From the NCBI GenBank assembly GCA_022729915.1, contig DZBP01000003.1, forward strand, positions 1 through 51,919: a stretch of DNA of 51,919 bases. The letters are read 5' to 3'. This DNA comes from Draconibacterium orientale. Lineage in GTDB: Bacteria > Bacteroidota > Bacteroidia > Bacteroidales > JAIFNL01. Position 1 is the first letter of the stretch, and the number at the start of each line of letters is the position of its first letter. The notes beneath the pieces were generated by a model. That model had not been told where the DNA came from and made no database searches. It worked only from the letters and a program-made list of their open reading frames with translations. This document shows, piece by piece, positions 19,104 to 28,785 of this stretch. The position numbers and the translations under genes are program-made.

Positions 19104-22100
19104 ATGAAAAAATATCTGATTTACTTACTATTGGTGTTCTTTAGCACGTATTCTTTTTCGCAAAACAGCACAACTATTCAATTGAAGAATGTAAAAAAGA
19201 CCAAACAAACTATCGAACAAAATACAGATAACCTGACGTTTAAGAGTTCGATAAGTGAGCTAAGTTTTGTAACAGAAAAAGCGACTAAAAGTCAAAAAAA
19301 TGATTTTGTTAGCCTCAATGTGGAAGGTTTTAGTAAAACTTATGGCAAGGGTTTGCCTCAATTGCCAGTAATTAGTAAGCTAATAGAGATTCCGCAAGGC
19401 TGTGAAATAGAGATTACTATTTTGAGTTACGAAGAAGAACTAGTGAATTTAAATAAAAATGGAATCTTTGAGAAGATAATGCCACAACAACTTTCGGTTC
19501 GTAAAACGGAAAAAGAAATTCCTTTTTATTTTGACAAAGAAGCTTATTCGCAAAATTCATTTGGAAAAATGCAAATTGCAAGTTTTGAACGCATTGGCTT
19601 TATGCGTGCAATAGAGCTTGGACGAATTGAAATTCGACCATTTGAATACAATCCGGAAAAAAATAGCTTAAAAGTATATAACAATCTGGAGATACAGATT
19701 AGTTTTAAAAAGATTGAATCGAGTAAAGCGAATAACCAAGCTTACCAATCGCCATTTTTTACAAATTTAGCTGAAAAATTTGTGATTAATCCTAAAAATG
19801 AGAGTACTAAAGGACTTATTACAGCTACTCCGCCTGTATTTGTAATTGTAGCCGATAGAATGTTTGAAGCTACGCTAGCTGATTTTATTGTTTGGAAACA
19901 ACAAAAAGGTTTTCAAGTAATTACAGCCTATACCGACCAAATAGGTAAAACCACAACGGCTATAAAAGAATACCTTAAAACTTTATATACAAACCCTGAA
20001 GCCGGATATGCTGCTCCTACTTTTGCGCTTTTAGTGGGCGATGTAGAGCAAATTCCTTCATGGCAAAGTAGTTACGATGGCGTTAACCACGTAACAGATT
20101 TGCGCTATTTTGAGTACACAGGTGATAATTTGCCGGAAGTTTTTTACGGTCGATTTTCAGCTCAAACGGTTTCGCAGCTTGAAAATCAGATAGAAAAAAC
20201 AATAAAGTACGAAAAATACTTAATGCCCGATGCAAGTTATTTAGGAAAGAGTTTACTTGTTTCGGGAGTTGATGCTGACTTTGCTCCAAAATATGGAAAT
20301 GGTGCTATTAATTATGCTCATACCTATTACGTAAACAACGAACACAATGTAGAAGCTTATACTTATTTATACAACGATGCTGCTAATAGCACCGTAATGT
20401 CATCAAATAATAGTTCTGCATCAAATTCTGTTATTGGGAAAATAAACCAAGGTGTAGCACTAGCAAATTACACAGCACATTGTAGCACAAATGGTTGGGC
20501 TGACCCTCGATTTAACAACAACGATGTGGCTGGACTTACCAATATAGACAAATACGGTGTTTGGATAGGAAACTGTTGCCAATCAGTAACTTTTGAACAA
20601 GCCGAAGCCTTTGGTGAAGCAGTTTTGAGAGCAAAAAATAAAGGTGCAGTTGGTTATATTGGAGGTTCTAACTATACTTATTGGGACGAAGATTTTTATT
20701 GGGGTGTAGGCGTAGCAGCTATTTCGGCAAATCCAACTTATGAGGAAAGTGGGCGAGGAGCCTACGATGCACTTTTTCATGATAAGGCAAACGAAGTAAA
20801 CAAGCCTGAAAGCTGGTATATAACTCAGGCTCAAGTAAATGTAGCCGGAAATTTGGCAGTTCAAGCATCGAGTTCCGATTTGAAACAGTATTACTGGGAA
20901 ATTTATCACGTAATGGGCGACCCTTCGCTTATGCCTTATTTGAGTGAAGCAGAAGTTATTACTACTAGTTTTTCGCCCAATGTAGTGATACTCGGAAGCA
21001 ATAGTTTTGCGGTATCCACACAAGCTCATGCTTACATAGCACTCTCACAAAATGGCAAGCTAATAGCCAGCGCAATGGCTGATGCACTCGGAAATGCAAC
21101 CTTAAATTTTCAGGCAAATGAATTAGCCGTTGGTAAAGCAAACGTTGTTGTTACGGCACAAAATAAGCAGCCATTTCTGGACGAAATCCTTGTTTCCCCA
21201 GCCAATGAGCCTTATGTAGTACAAAATATATTCGAAACTTTGCCAAAACCCGACTTTGGAAATACGGTTACACTCAAAAGCAATTTTAAAAATTTAGCCG
21301 GAAAATCAACTTCGTATCATGCTAAAAACATTATTGCTACAATAGAATCTACAAATCAGTATGTTACAATTATTGATAATACCGAAAGCATTGCTACAAT
21401 CAATGCTGGTGATAGTGTTACTGTAGCAAATGCCTTTTCGTTTCAACTAGCTGATAATGTGCCTAATGGCGAAGTACTAACGTTCAAACTATCCATTTCG
21501 GGCGAAGAGGCTAAGTATTTGTGGCAAAGCGATTTTAAGATTTTAGCCAATGCTCCAAGTATAAAAATAGGCGATTTGAAAATTACGAACGACAACAATG
21601 CCAACAGTATTATAGACCCCAATGAAACGGCTAATATTGTAATTACAATACAAAATACAGGAAATGCAGAAGCAAATTTCACTGGTATTTTGGCTCATCA
21701 AATCAATGGAAATACCGATTTAATTATTTCTAACCCAACCATAGTGCAAACAATTGCTGCTAAAACGAGCAAAGATTTTGTTTACAATGTAAGTGCAAAC
21801 AGTGCTACACTTGTAGGCACTGCTGTAAACTTAAATTTTACTGTAAATGCAGGGGCTAACAACCAATACAGTGCAAGCGAAGCGAAAAAAATTACAATTG
21901 GCGAAATACCAATCTATTTAATGAATAATACTGAAACAATAACTGCGTGCAACGGGTTGTTTTATGATTCGGGCAATTCTGAAAATAATTACTCTGACAA
22001 TGAGGATTTAGTGAAAACCTTTGTTTCGCCTAATTCTAATGCAATGTTGTCGGTTGATTTTAAATCGTTTAGCTTAGAAAAAAACTACGATTACCTTTAT

Positions 22101-23198
22101 ATATACGAAGGACCAAATACTGATTATCCGCAAATAGCCGGTAGTCCGTTTACTGGCACCGATGGACCCAGAAAAATAAGCACCTCTAATGCGTTTACAT
22201 TTCGCTTCAAAAGCGATTCGTATGAAAATGAGGCGGGTTGGAAAGCAAGCATTGAGTGTACAACTCCAAGTGTAGCCCCTGGTTGTGCATCAAATCCTTT
22301 GCCTGCAAACAATTCAACGGCTATTTATCCTTCACTTTTAAGCTGGTCGGCTCAAAATGCGACTGAATTTAAAGTTTACTTTGGAACCAACAGCAACCCA
22401 CTGACTAATACGCCGATAGTAGCTAAAAATAAATCGTTAGCCATAACTGTTTTACCGCACACAACTTATTATTGGACTGTGGTACCTCAAAATAGTATAG
22501 GAAATGCGGGCACTTGCGAAGTGTGGAAGTTTACAACCGGCGATATTGAATACATTATGACCAATGGGAAATTCTACAATGCCTGTGGAGGTTATTTTTA
22601 CGACAGTGGCGGAAAATCAGGTAATTATAAAGCCAATGAGTATTATATTATGACCTTTTATCCTGAAGAAACCAATAGTATTTTGAAAATGAATTTTGAA
22701 GAATATAATATTGAACCTGACGGAAATAGTTGTTATGATTATATGCTAATTTACGATGGAACAACCATTTATGACCGAATAATTGGCGAGTATTGTGGCG
22801 AGTCGGTACCTACAAGTTTAACTGAAATAAAAGCAACCAATCCCAAAGGTGCACTTACTATCGCATTTGTTTCGGACGAATCGGAACAAAGAGCAGGTTG
22901 GAAAACAAAACTATCGTGCATAAATACTACCGGATTTGATGAGCTTGAGAATGCCAAAATACAACTTTATCCAAACCCCAATGCTGGCTCTTTTACCATC
23001 GAGTATCCTTTTGCAGAAAATGAAAATGCTCAATTAGAGATTGTTAGTATTAATGGCAAAATAGTTTTCAAACAAAATTATTCTCAACTAAGTGATAAAA
23101 TAACCTTAGATTTGACGAATTTAGCTAACGGAATCTATCAAGTGCGCTTGATAACAGAAAAACATACTATAAATGAGAAGATTGTGATTCAGAAATAA
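19104..23198 (+). CDS. C25 (gingipain-like) cysteine peptidase with two CUB-like domains, an FN3-like domain and a T9SS type-A C-terminal sorting domain
   Basis: The ATG at 19104 gives MKKYLIYLLLVFFSTYSFSQ, a signal peptide. C25 core: FVIVADRMFEATLADFIVWKQQKGF, putative catalytic His in ANYTAHCSTNGW and Cys in VWIGNCCQSV. CUB-like domains: CNGLFYDSGNSENNYSDNED...YDYLYIYEG and CGGYFYDSGGKSGNYKAN...CYDYMLIYDG...EYCG. C-terminal domain: QLYPNPNAGSFTIEY...NGIYQVRLI. Confidence 0.85.
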   Translation: MKKYLIYLLLVFFSTYSFSQNSTTIQLKNVKKTKQTIEQNTDNLTFKSSISELSFVTEKATKSQKNDFVSLNVEGFSKTYGKGLPQLPVISKLIEIPQGCEIEITILSYEEELVNLNKNGIFEKIMPQQLSVRKTEKEIPFYFDKEAYSQNSFGKMQIASFERIGFMRAIELGRIEIRPFEYNPEKNSLKVYNNLEIQISFKKIESSKANNQAYQSPFFTNLAEKFVINPKNESTKGLITATPPVFVIVADRMFEATLADFIVWKQQKGFQVITAYTDQIGKTTTAIKEYLKTLYTNPEAGYAAPTFALLVGDVEQIPSWQSSYDGVNHVTDLRYFEYTGDNLPEVFYGRFSAQTVSQLENQIEKTIKYEKYLMPDASYLGKSLLVSGVDADFAPKYGNGAINYAHTYYVNNEHNVEAYTYLYNDAANSTVMSSNNSSASNSVIGKINQGVALANYTAHCSTNGWADPRFNNNDVAGLTNIDKYGVWIGNCCQSVTFEQAEAFGEAVLRAKNKGAVGYIGGSNYTYWDEDFYWGVGVAAISANPTYEESGRGAYDALFHDKANEVNKPESWYITQAQVNVAGNLAVQASSSDLKQYYWEIYHVMGDPSLMPYLSEAEVITTSFSPNVVILGSNSFAVSTQAHAYIALSQNGKLIASAMADALGNATLNFQANELAVGKANVVVTAQNKQPFLDEILVSPANEPYVVQNIFETLPKPDFGNTVTLKSNFKNLAGKSTSYHAKNIIATIESTNQYVTIIDNTESIATINAGDSVTVANAFSFQLADNVPNGEVLTFKLSISGEEAKYLWQSDFKILANAPSIKIGDLKITNDNNANSIIDPNETANIVITIQNTGNAEANFTGILAHQINGNTDLIISNPTIVQTIAAKTSKDFVYNVSANSATLVGTAVNLNFTVNAGANNQYSASEAKKITIGEIPIYLMNNTETITACNGLFYDSGNSENNYSDNEDLVKTFVSPNSNAMLSVDFKSFSLEKNYDYLYIYEGPNTDYPQIAGSPFTGTDGPRKISTSNAFTFRFKSDSYENEAGWKASIECTTPSVAPGCASNPLPANNSTAIYPSLLSWSAQNATEFKVYFGTNSNPLTNTPIVAKNKSLAITVLPHTTYYWTVVPQNSIGNAGTCEVWKFTTGDIEYIMTNGKFYNACGGYFYDSGGKSGNYKANEYYIMTFYPEETNSILKMNFEEYNIEPDGNSCYDYMLIYDGTTIYDRIIGEYCGESVPTSLTEIKATNPKGALTIAFVSDESEQRAGWKTKLSCINTTGFDELENAKIQLYPNPNAGSFTIEYPFAENENAQLEIVSINGKIVFKQNYSQLSDKITLDLTNLANGIYQVRLITEKHTINEKIVIQK

Positions 23199-23219
23199 TT
23201 AATAGTCAGCCAATTAACT

Positions 23220-23263
23220 GTGAATTGATAATTTAAATTTGCAAATTATCAATTCACTTTTTT
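23220..23263 (+). terminator. rho-independent terminator between the convergent C25 peptidase and ComEC genes
   Basis: 15-bp perfect stem GTGAATTGATAATTT (23220-23234) / AAATTATCAATTCAC (23243-23257), an 8-nt loop, then TTTTTT (23258-23263). Confidence 0.65.
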
Positions 23264-23265
23264 AT

Positions 23266-25362
23266 TTAAAAAGAATAAACAAATGCACCTTCGAGAGAAA
23301 CAAAATGCAAATCGATACCTAATTGACTAGCTTCTTCTTGCCATTTTTTTATTTTAGTAAAAGAATTTGATGAATCAATAATAATATTTTTTACATCATA
23401 AAATTCTAAGACTTCCGAAATCGTAATTTTTGCATTCTTTGAAAGCACTATAAAATCTAGCTTTAACTGTTTATTTGTATAAAAATCGGTTGAATTATTA
23501 TACCCTAAAATACCTATTTTCTTATTTTTGAACATTATAAAATTCTCATCAAAAAAACACGATTTGTAAGTATTTCTGAATTCATTTAGGTTTAAAATAC
23601 TTTTAATTTGTGGTTTGAGAAGATTGGCTTGTGTCCAAAAATTTTTAGCAGCAAAATTGATACTCAATTCATTTTTTTGAAGAGAAGTATCGCAAATAAC
23701 AATATTTTCGGTATTTGTTGCAAAATTAAGCATAGTGGATTTACTAATATTGAAAACAACAAATGTACTTTTTTGAGCTTTTTTATAATTCGAGTAAAAA
23801 TTTGAAGATGACAGAATAAACAAAAAAACAATTGTCAGTTTAAGCAAATATTTTCGTTTTGATACAAAAAATAAAAACGCAAAAAGTATGAAAAAGTAAA
23901 ATAAAAACATTTCTACTAAATTCAATTGCATGCCTTGAATAGTGCTAAATGGCAATTTTGTAATAAAATTGACACTATAATTGAGCAAATAAACCGAATA
24001 ATACAGAACTGAACCTAAAAGTTTACTTACCAATGCAATTTTTGCAGTAAGTAAAAGCACAATAGCCAAATAAGTTATAAAAAAAGATAAGGGAATAACT
24101 ACAATATTGGTAAAAATAAAATATACCGGAAATTGATTAAAATAAAATATGCTAATTGGTAGCGTACCAAGCTGTGCAGCAATTGAAACACTGACCAATT
24201 CCCAAATATAATTTCCAACTTTTGAAGGCACATATAAACTCTTGTAAATAGCTGGTTGAAAGGAAACTATTGAAAATACAGCTAAATAAGAAAGTTGAAA
24301 ACCAATATCGAGAAAATTGATAGGAGAATATAACATTAGCAATGAAGCTGAAGCCCACAAAGAATTGTAAATGCTGCCCGAACGATTAATATAATCGCCA
24401 ATTGCAACAAAAGTAAACATCAATGTTGCACGAAGCACTGAAGGCGAAAGTCCACTAATCAAAGCAAAAGCCCAAAGAGAAAATACAATAACAATTACTT
24501 TTATAAGTCTAATTTTTGCAGTTGAGCCGAACGGTCTGAATATCAGCATTAAAAATCCTAAAATAATACCAACATGCAAACCCGAAACTGATAAAATATG
24601 CATTGCACCCGAATCTGTAAATGCCTGTTTTGTTTCAATATCCAAGTAGTTTTTATAGCCTAAAGTAAGGGCAGAAAGTACAGCCAGCTCATCTCCTTCT
24701 ATGCCATTTCTTTTGTAAATTTCAAGTAAAGTATTTCTGAAATTATTTGCTGTATAAAAAATTGAAAAACCTTTAAATTTTTCGAGGAATTGAAATTTAT
24801 CAGGTTCTAAAAAAGCTTGATAAAAGATTCCTTTTTTTGCCAAATAATTTGGAAAATCAAATTCATTTGGATTTCCTTTAGGTTTAATCTCTTGAAATTT
24901 AGACGATAACACAATTTTATCGCCATATTGAAGCGCAGCTACTTTTGAATCTTTTCTAAAATAAACTAAAACTAAATAATTTTCTTTTTCTGAAGGATTA
25001 TTTATATTTTGCTCTACTTTTAGTGTGGTTTTATAAAAATTTTCGCTTTCTTGAAGATTATCGTCAATGATTGCAATATATTGATTTTCAGCGGAAATAT
25101 CGATTTTTGCTTGTTTTATTTCGCGTGCTTTCGAAAGAAAAACGCCACTAAAGAAAAAGAAAAAAAGTAAAACATAACCAAAGAAAAAGCTAAAAATATA
25201 TTTTTTTGAAAGTGATGAAAAATGAAAAAAAACTAATAGTAAAAGGGAAGAAATAAGCAAAAATAAGCTCAAAAAAGTTGAAATCTCAATATACAAATTG
25301 AAAATAATTCCCCAAATAAATGGTAAAGCTATTCGTACAAATGGTATTTTGTTAAAATTCAT
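23266..25362 (-). CDS. ComEC/Rec2 family competence protein (C-terminal beta-lactamase-like domain appears degenerate)
   Basis: 698 aa and polytopic. Competence-domain signature DSGAMHILSVSGLHVGI and LSPSVLRATLMF. No HxHxDH motif in the C-terminal ~190 aa. Confidence 0.85.
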   Translation of the reverse strand: MNFNKIPFVRIALPFIWGIIFNLYIEISTFLSLFLLISSLLLLVFFHFSSLSKKYIFSFFFGYVLLFFFFFSGVFLSKAREIKQAKIDISAENQYIAIIDDNLQESENFYKTTLKVEQNINNPSEKENYLVLVYFRKDSKVAALQYGDKIVLSSKFQEIKPKGNPNEFDFPNYLAKKGIFYQAFLEPDKFQFLEKFKGFSIFYTANNFRNTLLEIYKRNGIEGDELAVLSALTLGYKNYLDIETKQAFTDSGAMHILSVSGLHVGIILGFLMLIFRPFGSTAKIRLIKVIVIVFSLWAFALISGLSPSVLRATLMFTFVAIGDYINRSGSIYNSLWASASLLMLYSPINFLDIGFQLSYLAVFSIVSFQPAIYKSLYVPSKVGNYIWELVSVSIAAQLGTLPISIFYFNQFPVYFIFTNIVVIPLSFFITYLAIVLLLTAKIALVSKLLGSVLYYSVYLLNYSVNFITKLPFSTIQGMQLNLVEMFLFYFFILFAFLFFVSKRKYLLKLTIVFLFILSSSNFYSNYKKAQKSTFVVFNISKSTMLNFATNTENIVICDTSLQKNELSINFAAKNFWTQANLLKPQIKSILNLNEFRNTYKSCFFDENFIMFKNKKIGILGYNNSTDFYTNKQLKLDFIVLSKNAKITISEVLEFYDVKNIIIDSSNSFTKIKKWQEEASQLGIDLHFVSLEGAFVYSF

Positions 25363-25374
25363 ATCGCAAAAAAA

Positions 25375-28300
25375 CTATTTTTCTTGCCAACGCAATCGTA
25401 AATCTTCAAAATAATTGAGCACTCTACGAATAAAATCGAGCAATAAAGTATTGTAAGCTATAAAAATCATAAACCAAATGGCAGCTACATTAAACCACAA
25501 TGTATCAATTACTTTATTTCCAATCAATTTTACGGGCGAATAAAAATGAGCACGACCGATTTTTGAAGTTGGATACATAAAAATTGGATCCTTTTTCTGT
25601 ATTAATTCGTCATTAATTTCATAGATTTTAGTCAAATCGTAAGCATTTAATAAATAATCGGCTAAACGTTTGTTGTGATTATTTTGCTTCAATTTAAGCA
25701 AACCGTCAGTACTTAGTGTGTCAATCATTGTTTGGATAACACGGTCTTTTTCAGCATTAGCTTGCTCTGAAATTTTTGAGTATTGAAATTTCATGTACTG
25801 CAAATAATCTTTGGTTTCCTGCGCAATATCTTCATTAAATTGCTTAGAATTCAGCATTTTAAGTGAACCAAAAGGTATGTCGTTTCCAAATTCCCACAAC
25901 TTGCGGATTTCATTTTTTAATACCCTGAAATTTTTTTCTATTTTTTCGGTATTTGCCGAACCGCCTTTTAGTTTCAGATTTTCATCAAGACGCGATTCTA
26001 AATTTGGAATTAGATATGCATTCCTGAAAGATGCATCACTATGAGCTTTTTCGTATTTGTAGAAATATTTCTCGTATTTGTTGTTTTTAAATTCCTCTAC
26101 CGCTAAAGCCTCAAAAGCCCATCGTGATGCAACCATATCGCCTATCACAGGCACATGCACTCTATCTGTAAAATTAGGATTTAAATCATCAAACGAAACA
26201 ATTACACCACTGAGCAAAATTTGGGGAACTAAAATAAACGGAATCAGTATGTAAATGTTAACCACAGAGTTAAGCCCCGATGAGATATTTAAACCAACTA
26301 TATTAGCAAATGCGGAAGTAGAAAAAAGCACAAGCCAAAATTGCCACCACATTCCTTTGAGTACGAAAAAATAATTTCCAACTAAAACAAAGCTAAGTGT
26401 TTGAACAGCTGAGAGTAAAAAAAGGTACAAAATTTTTGAATTGATATAACTAAAACGGCTTAAATGCAAAAATTCTTCTCGTTTCAATATTTTCCTATCT
26501 CGTATAATCTCTTCAGCACTAACAATTAAGCCTAAAAATAAAGCTACAATAACGCTCATTAATAAATATGATGGAAAGTTTTTATTTTCACTAAAAGCGT
26601 AACCATCAGCATTATAAAATTTTGTAAGATATGATAATACAAAAGCAAGTAAAGGTGCTTCTAAAAAAGTGATAAGTAAATATTGCTTATTTGTGAATTT
26701 TGAAATCAAATTGCGTAAGCTAAAAATCCAAAACTGATTATCCAAATCAGGTATTTTAAAGTGATTTTTGGGTATTTTTGACTCAGCTTTTTTTATTTCA
26801 AGTTTTGCTTCAATATTTTCCTTGTATTTATTGTACCATTGTTCGGGAGAAATTTTTCGTTCGGGCAAATATTTTCCGTACTCATCTACCACACGAGCCT
26901 CAATAATATTTAGTATTTGCTCCGGATTTATGTTACCACAAGTAGGGCAAATATTTTCTTCGGGGTTTAAATGTTCGCTCATTCGTTTGAAGTACGAAAT
27001 AGCGTCAATTGGGTTACCATTGTAAATAATTCTACCTCCTTTGTCTAAAATCCAAAGTTTGTCAAAAAGCTTAAATATATCTGAAGAAGGCTGATGAATA
27101 TTTACAATTACCAATTTACCTTTTTGAACCTGTTCTTTCAACAAAAACATAACTGTTTCTGAATCAGAAGAAGACAAACCAGAAGTAGGTTCATCTACAA
27201 ATAAAATAGAGGGTTCGCGTATAAGTTCAAGTGCAATATTTAGCCGTTTGCGCTGACCTCCACTTATGTATTTTTTTAAAGGACTCCCAATGGTTAAATG
27301 TTTAATTTCAAATAAGCCCAAATCAATTAAAATTCTGTTTATCAGACCGATAATCTTTTTTTCGGGAAAATTTCCAAAGCACAATTTAGCACTGTAATAC
27401 AAATTTTCAAAAACGGTCAATTCTTCTATAAGTAAATCATCTTGAGGAACATATCCTATAATTCCTTCAATTTTTTTTGACTGAGTATGTATATTGAATC
27501 CATTAATAGTTAAAGTTCCATTTTTGGGTATAATGCTTCCATTGAGCAAATTGAACAAAGTGGACTTCCCTACTCCACTTCCGCCCATGATTCCTATTAA
27601 ATTACCTGATTCTTCTGAAAAACTAAAATTCTTAATACCATTTCGGCTTCCTTTAAAATTAAACTCTAAATTCTCGCCATTAAAAACTAATCTAGTACTA
27701 TTTTTTGATGACAAAAAAGAAGCTACAATGTCGCTAAAATAAATTGGAATAATATCACCACCTTTAATAATAGCACCTGGTTCCAAGAAAAAAATGCTTT
27801 CTGGCACAATACGTCGATTGTTCAATTCTAAACGCATGTGCCCTGAATATTTGAACGCAAAGCTCTTAATGCTAGCCACATAAAGAACCCAAATACTTCC
27901 AACTAATTTTGGACGATAAATTTTCCGATATTTTAGAAAACTTTCAGGTTCGTTTTTTGCAAACCAAGCACCGCCTTTTTCTTGCGAATCGTCTTCGTTA
28001 TTGATTAGTAAAATATTACTTTTATTCTTTATTTTTTGTATCTCGTTGGAATATAAATGCTTTAAATTACTAAATTCTTCGTCGGAAATATTAAAAGTTT
28101 GGCTTACAGTTTCTACAAAATCAATTTCTGATTCTGTTATATGGTCGTCTTCGTCGATAAATTCGAGTAATTTTATTAGCACATGAAATTTTTCTCTTCG
28201 ATTCAAACTTTTATTTACCTCGTTGCAGATTCGAAGAGTACGCACCGAACTTGAAGCTTTTACTGATACGTCGGAGGTAGGTGCAGAAGGAACAGTGCTA

Positions 28301-28479
28301 TGAAAATCAACAACATAACTCTCAAACAATTTAACATATTCCTGATATTTTGCATACGACAAAACAGGTTTAAGAACAGAATCGACTATGCTTCTGGCTT
28401 TTTTGGATACACCATTTTCATCAACATTTGAAATGATGGCAAATAGCTGAATTATAGCTTTTAATATCGATTCACTCAT
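25375..28479 (-). CDS. multidomain ABC transporter ATP-binding/permease protein (TerB-like N-domain, beta-rich domain, ABCG-like NBD, ABC-2 permease); paralogue of 45565..48789
   Basis: 1034 aa. Walker A GGSGVGKST, signature ISGGQRKRLNIA, Walker B ILFVDEPTSGL and IHQPSS (ABCG hallmark). CPTCGNINPE linker, ~6 TM helices, a ~230-aa hydrophilic region and a final TM. It aligns with the second copy along its whole length. Confidence 0.85.
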   Translation of the reverse strand: MSESILKAIIQLFAIISNVDENGVSKKARSIVDSVLKPVLSYAKYQEYVKLFESYVVDFHSTVPSAPTSDVSVKASSSVRTLRICNEVNKSLNRREKFHVLIKLLEFIDEDDHITESEIDFVETVSQTFNISDEEFSNLKHLYSNEIQKIKNKSNILLINNEDDSQEKGGAWFAKNEPESFLKYRKIYRPKLVGSIWVLYVASIKSFAFKYSGHMRLELNNRRIVPESIFFLEPGAIIKGGDIIPIYFSDIVASFLSSKNSTRLVFNGENLEFNFKGSRNGIKNFSFSEESGNLIGIMGGSGVGKSTLFNLLNGSIIPKNGTLTINGFNIHTQSKKIEGIIGYVPQDDLLIEELTVFENLYYSAKLCFGNFPEKKIIGLINRILIDLGLFEIKHLTIGSPLKKYISGGQRKRLNIALELIREPSILFVDEPTSGLSSSDSETVMFLLKEQVQKGKLVIVNIHQPSSDIFKLFDKLWILDKGGRIIYNGNPIDAISYFKRMSEHLNPEENICPTCGNINPEQILNIIEARVVDEYGKYLPERKISPEQWYNKYKENIEAKLEIKKAESKIPKNHFKIPDLDNQFWIFSLRNLISKFTNKQYLLITFLEAPLLAFVLSYLTKFYNADGYAFSENKNFPSYLLMSVIVALFLGLIVSAEEIIRDRKILKREEFLHLSRFSYINSKILYLFLLSAVQTLSFVLVGNYFFVLKGMWWQFWLVLFSTSAFANIVGLNISSGLNSVVNIYILIPFILVPQILLSGVIVSFDDLNPNFTDRVHVPVIGDMVASRWAFEALAVEEFKNNKYEKYFYKYEKAHSDASFRNAYLIPNLESRLDENLKLKGGSANTEKIEKNFRVLKNEIRKLWEFGNDIPFGSLKMLNSKQFNEDIAQETKDYLQYMKFQYSKISEQANAEKDRVIQTMIDTLSTDGLLKLKQNNHNKRLADYLLNAYDLTKIYEINDELIQKKDPIFMYPTSKIGRAHFYSPVKLIGNKVIDTLWFNVAAIWFMIFIAYNTLLLDFIRRVLNYFEDLRLRWQEK

Positions 28480-28785
28480 AAAATTAAATTGTTACAGCAA
28501 CTTTTTTCAGACTACTAAATTATGAAATATTTCGCGCAAAAAAAATAGAAAACAAATTATACATTTAAAACTGCAAAAAAAAGTTAAATTTATTCGCATT
28601 TATGTAACAAAAATTGAACACATAAAAAATAAACAATATCCTGAAAATACAAAAAATAAGCTTAATAAAAACACAGAAATGATTAAAAACAGCAAATTTA
28701 TTGCCCAAAATACTAAATAAAAAGGGAGAGAAAAAAATTAAAACCCTATTAAATTTAACGTTTTTTAACCATCTCTACTATGAAT

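Noticed and set aside
20583-21029. Antisense or alternative-frame ORFs of 60-150 aa nested inside long genes (this one in the C25 gene; also 4707..5123, 15376..15729, 38744..39118, 42086..42481, 46879..47190, 50801..51223 and the other short track entries)
   Set aside because: Each lies fully within a well-supported longer CDS with recognisable motifs. Their translations are Cys/Phe/Ser-rich shadow-frame products typical of A/T-rich genomes.
19104-23198. Calling the C25 protein the T9SS sortase PorU
   Set aside because: The size and C25 domain are compatible with PorU. However, the two CUB-like modules, the FN3 module and the classic type-A tail look more like a cargo protease. This cannot be decided without phylogeny, so the generic call was kept.
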